Shown piece after piece: positions 9,196-17,269 of a DNA stretch of 64,000 bases (its first letter is position 1; each line of letters begins with the position of its first letter). The notes beneath the pieces are model-generated. The model was not told the origin of the DNA, made no database searches, and worked only from the letters and a program-made list of their open reading frames with translations. The position numbers and the translations under genes were made by a program. The stretch lies in the NCBI GenBank assembly GCA_024682255.1, contig GCA_024682255.1_4716.1; one strand, 5' to 3'. The stretch comes from a phage.

Positions 9196-10877
9196 GCGAA
9201 CAAGAAAAAGAAGTCGTGACGAATCAGGAAGCCGTTGAGCGTTCAGAGTCGTCTGTTGAAACAACGATTCCGGCAAGTTCCGAGCCTGTTGGTTCCGTAC
9301 AGCAGGAAAGTAAAGACGAAGTCAACACTACTAAAGAAGATGTAGTGGCTCCAGAAGCAACCCGTGAAGAAGAACCGTCACATCCACCGCTAATCGATTT
9401 CTCGAAGGCGACGATACGTTTCCAATGCGAAGACATTCGTCCTAAGAGTCCGAAGAAAACAAAACGTCAGCCGTTGGTGTTACCGTTATATTCTCCGCGT
9501 GTGCAGACAACGTATTACCGGGAATACATCAACGAAGCAATGGATACCGTGCAAGCCATTGTCGCTCAACGCGGTAAACCGACAGACGAACAGTTTGATA
9601 AATTCAGTAAAGCGGTGGTGCAATCGGTTGCTGATGGACAATATCATCCGCGTGGTCCAGCTCACGATCGCGCGTTGGAACGTAAAGGCAGTCAGTGGAC
9701 TAACGTACCCGTAGACTCATCGGGTGTTGGTCGCGTTATTCCTGGCATTCCGCAACCGAACCATATTCCTGATGATGTCGAAGCGCCGCTGACAGGAACC
9801 GATGCGATCTATTTTGCTATCCGTAATACGAAATCAGGCGCACCTGCGGTAATGCCGTTATGGCATAGCGGTATTAAGCTGCAGTTCAATCCGCCGTCAA
9901 ATGAACGTGTTGCAATTATGCACGAACGTATTGCACGCGATAAAATCCTGGGTGGTCGTGATAGCACCGGTTTCCTGTTTTCGGCAACCTCGATTATCAC
10001 CATGAAGCACGCAATCGAATTAGCGTTAGAATGCTGTTACATGGCCAACGTACCGAACCTGGATATCCAGCGTTTGAAAGACATTATTCCGGTTACCGAT
10101 GTTCCGGCGTTGTTGTTGAACGTGCTGGTAACCATGTATCCGTACGGGTATCCTTACGTACAGACCTGCTATCAGAATCCAGAAACCTGCGACTATCGTG
10201 TCGAAGATACCGTAAGCTTTGCGAAGCTCTATCAAGTTGACAACAGCGCAATTACCAAACGTATGCGACAGATCATGACCGAAGGTCCGGTCATGACAGA
10301 TGAACTTTTGCGTGAGTATGCGAACGAGCTGGGTGAAACGAACTCCCGTACGCTGGATCTGTCCGACAACGGTTCTGTTATCATTGAACTCGAAGTACCG
10401 AAGATCTCACGACAAATCGCCATGGGTGAACGTTGGTTAAGCGATACGCTGGAAGATCTGCGTGATATTCTATCGCGTCCGTCGATGACCGAAGAAGAGC
10501 GTGATCGTGTTATTCGTGAACGTCAGTTCTATAGCTGGATGCGTCAGTATGATGCGTGGATCAAATCGATGCATGTGTCGGTAAACGGTACCATGCGTCG
10601 TGTAAGCGATGCAGATACGGCAACGGTATTAGCACAGCTGTCTCGTGACAGCGACCTTCGTGAACGCTATATCGATGGGCTGATGCAATTCATCGGTGAT
10701 TCGACGATTGCGCTCGCAGCGATGCCTGCCTGGAAATGTCCGAAATGTAATGCCGATATTGCTGACAATCTGCGTGACCAGAAATACTACGATCTGATTG
10801 CTTTGGATGTACCCCAGCTTTTTTTTACCCTAAACTCCGTCCAATCTCTTCAGGAGGGGATGGACGCGGTATTCTAA
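9192..10877 (+). CDS. Hypothetical protein (561 aa); zero-frame product of a candidate frameshift gene
   Basis: Long ORF translationally coupled to upstream gene; U7 slippery run 10820-10826 near 3' end. Confidence 0.75.
   Translation: MSEQEKEVVTNQEAVERSESSVETTIPASSEPVGSVQQESKDEVNTTKEDVVAPEATREEEPSHPPLIDFSKATIRFQCEDIRPKSPKKTKRQPLVLPLYSPRVQTTYYREYINEAMDTVQAIVAQRGKPTDEQFDKFSKAVVQSVADGQYHPRGPAHDRALERKGSQWTNVPVDSSGVGRVIPGIPQPNHIPDDVEAPLTGTDAIYFAIRNTKSGAPAVMPLWHSGIKLQFNPPSNERVAIMHERIARDKILGGRDSTGFLFSATSIITMKHAIELALECCYMANVPNLDIQRLKDIIPVTDVPALLLNVLVTMYPYGYPYVQTCYQNPETCDYRVEDTVSFAKLYQVDNSAITKRMRQIMTEGPVMTDELLREYANELGETNSRTLDLSDNGSVIIELEVPKISRQIAMGERWLSDTLEDLRDILSRPSMTEEERDRVIRERQFYSWMRQYDAWIKSMHVSVNGTMRRVSDADTATVLAQLSRDSDLRERYIDGLMQFIGDSTIALAAMPAWKCPKCNADIADNLRDQKYYDLIALDVPQLFFTLNSVQSLQEGMDAVF
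10820..10826 (+). other. Candidate -1 programmed ribosomal frameshift site (T TTT TTT)
   Basis: Heptamer in X_XXY_YYZ register of the 561-aa frame; -1 frame open 10778-11299. Confidence 0.35.
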
Positions 10878-10939
10878 TCGATCCGCGATACGGGTTACAT
10901 GACGGACAACTTGTTCGTAATGATGAAAAAATCTGGGAA

Positions 10940-11299
10940 TTGCTGTTAGCGCGTAAAGGCGATGGTGGCATGAAACTGAACATCGAAATGGGTATAGCGT
11001 ACGATACCATGTTTGGTTTGTACGACCGCGTTAACGAATGGACACCGTTGAAATGGGTGGCTCAGCATCCCGCTGAAGATCCCTGGGACAGATTAGGGAT
11101 TAAACCCTTAATCGAGGATTATGTTCGATTCGGTATTAAAGAGTTCATGACGCTGGATGCGTTTTTAAAAGCACCGTATCCTTACGCGCAAACGGTACTC
11201 AAAATCGCACAAGACGAACTGCGGAAACGTAGTGCGGTACTGGACGACGATGAGGACAAGTTACGACGAGAAGAAGAACGTTTACGAAACGGAAAATAA
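10940..11299 (+). CDS. Hypothetical protein (119 aa) or -1 frame extension of the 561-aa protein
   Basis: ORF track uses TTG start; frame is open upstream back to 10778 overlapping the 561-aa ORF end; internal ATG at 10968. Confidence 0.5.
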   Translation: MLLARKGDGGMKLNIEMGIAYDTMFGLYDRVNEWTPLKWVAQHPAEDPWDRLGIKPLIEDYVRFGIKEFMTLDAFLKAPYPYAQTVLKIAQDELRKRSAVLDDDEDKLRREEERLRNGK

Positions 11300-11300
11300 A

Positions 11301-11810
11301 ATGGCGAGATTTACCAGTTTGATTGGGTTGGATATTTGGGAAACACCGGCTGACGTTCGGGTTATTCCTGTTAACACCGTCGGTGTGATGGGACGTGGTC
11401 TTGCTAAGCAGGCAGCCGATCGTGTGCCCGGTCTTCTTGAAGCGTACCGTAAGCAATGTCAAGATGGGTTTAAGGTGGGAGAAGTCGTGTCATATCAACA
11501 CGGTGATAACGATCAACTCACTTACGTGCTGTTTCCATCAAAATCGGATTGGCGTGAAAGAACACGACGCGAGTATATCGTTAACGGTTTACTGGCGTTA
11601 AAAGCGTGGTTATTGGAGCTTCAGTTCGAAAGAGACGGCTTCTCATATCGGCGTCCGGCTGAACCGCTGATCGTTGCAATTCCTCCGGTTGGTTCTGGCT
11701 GCGGTAATATCGGCTACGGACAATCCGAAACAATCCAGCCTCAATGGGTACGCGCACAAATCAAACAGTATCTTGCCACCGTGCCAAACGTTCATTTCTA
11801 CTTGTTCTAA
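11301..11810 (+). CDS. Macro domain protein, TARG1/OARD1-like (putative ADP-ribose processing enzyme)
   Basis: Motifs VNTVGVMGRGLA and IPPVGSGCGNIGYG match macrodomain ADP-ribose binding loops; ATG at 11301 one nt after upstream stop. Confidence 0.55.
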   Translation: MARFTSLIGLDIWETPADVRVIPVNTVGVMGRGLAKQAADRVPGLLEAYRKQCQDGFKVGEVVSYQHGDNDQLTYVLFPSKSDWRERTRREYIVNGLLALKAWLLELQFERDGFSYRRPAEPLIVAIPPVGSGCGNIGYGQSETIQPQWVRAQIKQYLATVPNVHFYLF

Positions 11811-11826
11811 TGTAAAGGTAACATAA

Positions 11827-11858
11827 CCCTCTCCCAACCCGTAAGGGAAGGGAGAGGG
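11827..11858. terminator. Conserved 32-nt hairpin element, copy 2, between convergent genes
   Basis: Identical to 4659-4690; flanked by CATAA and CTTATGCTGTTATGCTGTT. Confidence 0.65.
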
Positions 11859-11875
11859 CTTATGCTGTTATGCTG

Positions 11876-12250
11876 TTAATCTTCGTTCCAGATGGCATCT
11901 TCCGGTGGAACAATAGGATCTTTCTTCGGCATTGATGGCACTTCATGACGATGCTTACGGAACTGCCTATCAATAACCTCACGAAGCCGGTACGCATCAA
12001 CCCATGTTGATTTATTGAACAGCTCCAACGTCACAGTTAGCCGTGTTCTCGACATTGAATAGCTTTTCTTTGCAATCAAATTGGGATAATTCAGTTGAGC
12101 GAACCACGCACGTATTTGTGCTTCGGTAAAAGCGATGCTGTAATAACTAAGTTTACCGTCATTAAAATCGTGCGCGTGGGTGTAGCGTCCAGCGTAACGC
12201 CAGACAAGATGCACATTCAGATCGATCCATGGTGGGGTGGTATCAGCCAT
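11876..12250 (-). CDS. Hypothetical protein (124 aa)
   Basis: ORF at end of minus operon, followed by bidirectional hairpin. Confidence 0.55.
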   Translation of the reverse strand: MADTTPPWIDLNVHLVWRYAGRYTHAHDFNDGKLSYYSIAFTEAQIRAWFAQLNYPNLIAKKSYSMSRTRLTVTLELFNKSTWVDAYRLREVIDRQFRKHRHEVPSMPKKDPIVPPEDAIWNED

Positions 12251-12259
12251 GTGTTACCC

Positions 12260-12829
12260 TCAACGATTCTTCATCACTTTACCTAGGCTTTCGATATTAT
12301 CCCAAAAGCGATTTTTACTTGGCGCATCACCGACGATAACCGACATCAAATCACGACGTTCACGACTGATGATGCCTTGTGATTTCCAGATCACCATCGT
12401 CCAGCAAGCTGCCAGAACGAACAGATGGTTAATGCTTGGTTTGGTTTGCGCAATGAACGCAAGCCATGCCCAGATACCGGTGTATACTATCGTCACTAAA
12501 AAGAGCGAGATTGTTGCAACGACAACAACGAAGTTTTGGACAGCGGGTTGATTCGCGTTATCATGAATAGCGGTAAGATCAGGAAGGTTACCTTCAACTG
12601 AACTCGTTTCATCGATTTCCAATTCTTCGATTTCTTTTCGTGTGTCAGGAGCTAATCCAGCATCATCGAGATGCTTTTTTAACCGCTGTATGCTTAATCG
12701 TTGACCGACAGGAATGTTGATGTTGTCGTAACTATTAAGCGCATCGACCAGGGAGCGTCCGTCAACGAGAACCAAGCTCGCGGTACCCATCGTTTGCGGT
12801 TTTATTTTGTAAAGGTCTTTTACTTTCAT
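12260..12829 (-). CDS. Membrane protein (189 aa), two predicted transmembrane helices
   Basis: Hydrophobic segments FVVVVATISLFLVTIVYTGIWAWLAFI and LFVLAACWTMVIW. Confidence 0.6.
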   Translation of the reverse strand: MKVKDLYKIKPQTMGTASLVLVDGRSLVDALNSYDNINIPVGQRLSIQRLKKHLDDAGLAPDTRKEIEELEIDETSSVEGNLPDLTAIHDNANQPAVQNFVVVVATISLFLVTIVYTGIWAWLAFIAQTKPSINHLFVLAACWTMVIWKSQGIISRERRDLMSVIVGDAPSKNRFWDNIESLGKVMKNR

Positions 12830-12850
12830 GTAGACACCACCTCCAACGTG

Positions 12851-15463
12851 TTAAGCGTCCGGCGTAAAATCAAAAGGAATGTCCGTACGAATGATATCAT
12901 AACGTTTTCCGAGGAAATAGAACTCTTCGGGAACCTGGCCTGGAATGATGCTATCACCGATGAACTGCGGATACGCCCAGATGTACTGGGTGAGTCCTTC
13001 GAACATATCCAGGTTATTTGCGTGGTTGCCCATGATACGTTTCCAGAGTTCGCGTTTATACGGCGTTTTAACATCGAACCCATAAAGCGGTGCGAGGTCT
13101 TCACCAGGAACAAATCCCAGGTAATAGTGGATCTGACTAACTGGGAAACCAAGGGTATCTCGCGGAATGGTGATCGCTTGCTCAGCCTTGGTGACATGCG
13201 TCTCAATAATCCAGTCATAGCACTCTGAATAGAACCGATCGAATTTCTCTGGATTATACCACGCTTTGGGAAGATTGAGTTTCTCCGTGAACGCGTTCGA
13301 CATGATCGTCGGCAAGAACGGAAGAACGCCGGTTTTGATCTGCGTGTATTTCGATTTTACCCGGTTAACGAGATTCCAGCAACTGTATCCTAACTGTTCG
13401 TTACAAAACTCAACATAGAGATCGTAGTCACCACCGGATAACGGGTTGTTAATATCACCGATGTCTGCGGCGTATTTGTTGGGATATCGGTTATTGAAAG
13501 CCAGTTTGGTTTGGTAGTCGTAGATACACGGTTTGTTGTTCGCTGTATTGATCCACCACCAGGGTTCACCTACTTGTACACAAATGTCCTGGACATGAGG
13601 GTAAATGATATCAGCAAACGCGGTTAACACATCCCCTAACCACGTCATCGCCTGTTGGTTACATGGAGACAACAACCAAGACGGTGGCGTATATCCGGTT
13701 GCTGCGATGTTTCCTTCCCAATCCTGCTGCGCCCACTCGAACGGGCATGCGGTACTCATCAATTCGTAACTTAAACTGATGGTGACGGAGAAATGGTGTT
13801 TTGCAGCATATGCGGCGAAAGCTTCATGCCACGCGATACAGGCCGGATTTAATACATCCGTGGTGTTCACCAGTAACTTACCCGCACTTGGCGTCCAGAC
13901 AGTATCGTAGAAATGCGACATCCCAACATAATGCACTAATTCATCTTGATACCCCGCATAAACCAGGTTCTCAAATACGCGCTCCGGCGTGATGTTGTAA
14001 TGGTCATCATAAGCGGTTATCGCACGAAGTTCGTGTGGCGTACAGTGGTGGCGACTAACCGTCATTTCCTGATACACCCCATCGATAGGAAGAATCTCGA
14101 TGGTTAAACCGAGGTCGATTGGCGTTTCCAGATAGGTCGTTTCAGTCGCATCTTCCTTATAATGTCGAGAACTCATGCTGAACATCAACGACGTTACCGA
14201 TTCGAGTTCGATGGGTTCGTCAGCATAGAACCCCGCCATTGCGTCATTGAAATCGATCGTCACGATTGCGCTTCTACCGTCTTCAGAGACATCGGTCGCA
14301 TATCGGGTTAATGAGATATACTGACGGCTATCGTCTTTGTGTACGACGGTTAAAACCGGCGGGTGTTCGGTATCTGCAAAGTTACGCTGATCGCCAGTAA
14401 ACGTGACCTTCGCTTTAAAGATCAAACCGAGTAACGATGTCATGGGATCATACGCAATACATCCGTGATCCAGCGTATCCGTTGTCCGCCATTCTATCCC
14501 GACCAACCCGTTAGCGGTATGACATCGCATATACGCATTAAGTGTCATGTCCTCACTGACAACCGCGAAGTTCTCTGTTGACTGACCGTTGATAATCCAA
14601 TACATCGGTTGCCAGAGGTTACGCGTACCTTTTGCGTAGCGGTAGGTTGGTGCGCCTTTGGGGTTGCCATTATTAAGATGGAATACGGCAGTACCTTGAT
14701 AATGGTCGTTCGTATTAATCGGAACACTGTAAGCATCGCCGAGGTCCGTACGTTCCACCTTCGTGACTGTCGCGTTTTCAAATAACCCACGTAGCGCGGG
14801 TAAACCGATATCTTCCGGCGCGTTTTCTCGACGAATCGCATCCGCGATGCGGTGGGCTAAGGCGGGGTAAATGACCTCACCCTGTTGTAGGTTTGCAAGA
14901 CCTACAAAGCGATCGGGAGCGATACCAGCAATCAATAACTCGACATCACCCTTCGTTCTATCGTCGTTAAGATATTTCAGTCCGGTAAGGTCAAGATGCT
15001 GAATAAGCGACAACAGGTTGTATTTACGGTTTTCAACAGTTAGTACAAGATCGCCCGCCCAAACCAAACTTCCCTCATCCGCTGTTACTTTAACGGATTG
15101 TCGGCCCGTGGTAGACGTTGTTGTCGTTTTATTTAATTGTCCTTGTAGGAAGTCGGTTGCGAGGTCAAAGGCGATACCGTAACGGTCAGCGACCGCTTGC
15201 ATGATTTCACGTAACTGGGTATCTTCTTCAATGATAATCTTGACAGGTATTCCCAAGAACGCTTTAGCGAGGTCTCGTTTAACCAACGAGACGAATACGG
15301 ATTTGTAGTATCGGCTTCCATCTTTCCCTTTAAAAAGAATGGAGGTTGTTTCGGGTGCCGATAGAACACGTGCAAATACAACATCGTCGGAAGTAAGAGA
15401 AAGTCCGTTTTTCTCGTTGACCAATCTTAGTATTTCATTTTGCGCGGTTTCATGTAACTTCAT
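12851..15463 (-). CDS. Large receptor-binding or tailspike-like structural protein (870 aa) with shared N-terminal anchor module
   Basis: N-terminus shares RD(I/L)AKAFLGIPVKI and DRYG(I/F)(A/V)FD motifs with 21250-21777 and 62527-end products; position in tail fibre cluster. Confidence 0.6.
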   Translation of the reverse strand: MKLHETAQNEILRLVNEKNGLSLTSDDVVFARVLSAPETTSILFKGKDGSRYYKSVFVSLVKRDLAKAFLGIPVKIIIEEDTQLREIMQAVADRYGIAFDLATDFLQGQLNKTTTTSTTGRQSVKVTADEGSLVWAGDLVLTVENRKYNLLSLIQHLDLTGLKYLNDDRTKGDVELLIAGIAPDRFVGLANLQQGEVIYPALAHRIADAIRRENAPEDIGLPALRGLFENATVTKVERTDLGDAYSVPINTNDHYQGTAVFHLNNGNPKGAPTYRYAKGTRNLWQPMYWIINGQSTENFAVVSEDMTLNAYMRCHTANGLVGIEWRTTDTLDHGCIAYDPMTSLLGLIFKAKVTFTGDQRNFADTEHPPVLTVVHKDDSRQYISLTRYATDVSEDGRSAIVTIDFNDAMAGFYADEPIELESVTSLMFSMSSRHYKEDATETTYLETPIDLGLTIEILPIDGVYQEMTVSRHHCTPHELRAITAYDDHYNITPERVFENLVYAGYQDELVHYVGMSHFYDTVWTPSAGKLLVNTTDVLNPACIAWHEAFAAYAAKHHFSVTISLSYELMSTACPFEWAQQDWEGNIAATGYTPPSWLLSPCNQQAMTWLGDVLTAFADIIYPHVQDICVQVGEPWWWINTANNKPCIYDYQTKLAFNNRYPNKYAADIGDINNPLSGGDYDLYVEFCNEQLGYSCWNLVNRVKSKYTQIKTGVLPFLPTIMSNAFTEKLNLPKAWYNPEKFDRFYSECYDWIIETHVTKAEQAITIPRDTLGFPVSQIHYYLGFVPGEDLAPLYGFDVKTPYKRELWKRIMGNHANNLDMFEGLTQYIWAYPQFIGDSIIPGQVPEEFYFLGKRYDIIRTDIPFDFTPDA

Positions 15464-15485
15464 TAAAAACCTCAGCCCTTTAGAA

Positions 15486-16127
15486 TTAGATGTACTGCTT
15501 ACCGCCCACGAAGGAAGTTAACCAGTTCCCGCTGACGAGTTGTGATACCCAGCCTGGAACGGCTCTACCATTCTGGCTCATGATGTTACCACACCAACCA
15601 GGGAATCCGGGACGGATGTAATAGAAAGTTAAATTGTAGAGATGACAGTTCCATACCGCAACGTTATGTTTACCAGAAACCGCTTTAAAGACAAACGCGA
15701 CAGGTAACGGAGACGATAACAATTCGGTCACAGGGACAGCTGACCAGTTCGCATTCGCGTTCCATGGTTGCCAGGTATGACTACGCGAGTCGCAATATAC
15801 GTTACCGTTGCTACCGCGTCCGCCCGCGTTCCACCATAGCGACGGACTCATGTTTTTAAGTGAGGTAAATTGCTGTGGTGGTATATTCGGAATGATAACA
15901 GGGTTGGTACCTTGTCCGTGTTTCTTTTCTTTTGTGTTCACATAGCCGTTTATCGATTCGAGGTATTTCGTACCAGGATAATTGTTCTGGACTTGTGTCG
16001 CAATATCACGAACGTCGAACGTCCAGCAGATCATGGTGTTATAGTAAGCGTCGGTGTTATCGTGCCATGAGTTACCATCTTGTAAACGTGCGCCGCTATT
16101 CGGTGTTTTATCTGTACTTATAGCCAT
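15486..16127 (-). CDS. Hypothetical Trp-rich protein (213 aa) in tail fibre cluster
   Basis: ORF immediately upstream of 870-aa gene. Confidence 0.55.
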   Translation of the reverse strand: MAISTDKTPNSGARLQDGNSWHDNTDAYYNTMICWTFDVRDIATQVQNNYPGTKYLESINGYVNTKEKKHGQGTNPVIIPNIPPQQFTSLKNMSPSLWWNAGGRGSNGNVYCDSRSHTWQPWNANANWSAVPVTELLSSPLPVAFVFKAVSGKHNVAVWNCHLYNLTFYYIRPGFPGWCGNIMSQNGRAVPGWVSQLVSGNWLTSFVGGKQYI

Positions 16128-16304
16128 GGTCTTGTCCTATACGTTGGTGGTTGAAGTGGCGGATATCGGATGCATGCTGGACGTGAACCCTATAGTTCGC
16201 GCTATCGCCATTTTCTACCTCGTTTCTATTCTCAAAAAGGAAATTTCATACGATGACGCCATAGCAGCTCCTCCTTCCCTGACGGGTTGGAGGAGCATAC
16301 TTAA

Positions 16305-16811
16305 TTACTTACTGATAACCTCAACGGAGTTGGGATCAGCGATCAATGCACGGTCGGTAGAACAATTGAAGAAGACCATCCCAACACCATCGCCGTTCGA
16401 GTTCAGGGTCGAACTTGCGTAAGACAATGTTGGTTTGTTCATGCGGTAGAAGCGTTCGCTGGTTGCGGTATTGAACCCCAGGTCAACGTAGTCTTTCACC
16501 GTGGTATACAACTGGGTGGACTCGAAAACGGTTACCGGAGAGTCAACGGTAAACTGACTGCCTTCATCCACAACCAGAACTTTATCGTTCCAGATTTCAG
16601 TGGTTGAGAACTTCGGTTTCCAATGTTCGAATTCCTGGGTTGCACCCCAGCAAGAATACACAGCGAGATTGCTGTTCTTCTCAACAGGTTTTAACCCCAC
16701 CAGTTGCGTCAGGTCTTTATCCAGGTTCGGTAAACCTTCCAGCGTAGCACACCCACCCAGAGAAAGCACCATCAACATACCAAGAACGATCGCGCAAAGT
16801 TTCTTTGTCAT
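16305..16811 (-). CDS. Lipoprotein (168 aa); candidate superinfection-exclusion or receptor-masking factor
   Basis: Signal peptide plus lipobox MLMVLSLGGC; located between Tfa and receptor-binding protein genes. Confidence 0.6.
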   Translation of the reverse strand: MTKKLCAIVLGMLMVLSLGGCATLEGLPNLDKDLTQLVGLKPVEKNSNLAVYSCWGATQEFEHWKPKFSTTEIWNDKVLVVDEGSQFTVDSPVTVFESTQLYTTVKDYVDLGFNTATSERFYRMNKPTLSYASSTLNSNGDGVGMVFFNCSTDRALIADPNSVEVISK

Positions 16812-16852
16812 CGGATTTCCTCATGTGTTAACGGGAGTGATTTCCATAGTAA

Positions 16853-17269
16853 TTACACAGTTGTAGGAAATTCCGGCCAATCGATATTTGGTGCAGCATC
16901 GGTATCGACAGCAGTCACCGCATCAGTGTAATCCAAAACAGCATTAAGTCGGGTCGTTTCTTCCGGAGTCAGTTTTCGCCCAGCCCGTAATTTTAACTGA
17001 ATAAGATCGATGGAAGCCAGCGCAGAATCAATCAAAGATTGTTTTATCTGTTCTGCTTCGGCGACGAGATCTTCGTGTTGCCGCTCGGGTTCCGGAGGTG
17101 CGGTAAACTCACCATTTGAGTATGACCAACCTATTCCAGGTGACACAGCCTCCTTATCGTCGATATGAACCAACTGCTGATTGTCGAATATATCGAGCTC
17201 TGCTTCACCATCGTAAACAATCGTGTTTACTACCACTCCATTTTCAATAACAGCGTATAATGTACTCAT
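16853..17269 (-). CDS. tfa: Tail fibre assembly chaperone (Tfa; lambda Tfa / P2 gpG family)
   Basis: C-terminal motif TPEETTRLNAVLDYTDAVTAVDTDAAPNIDWPEFP typical of Tfa; ATG overlaps fibre stop (TAATG). Confidence 0.8.
   Translation of the reverse strand: MSTLYAVIENGVVVNTIVYDGEAELDIFDNQQLVHIDDKEAVSPGIGWSYSNGEFTAPPEPERQHEDLVAEAEQIKQSLIDSALASIDLIQLKLRAGRKLTPEETTRLNAVLDYTDAVTAVDTDAAPNIDWPEFPTTV

Noticed and set aside
9192-10877. Assigning the 561-aa protein as portal, terminase or the T5 A1 protein
   Set aside because: No Walker or nuclease motifs or portal signature recognisable; length similarity to T5 A1 alone is not evidence
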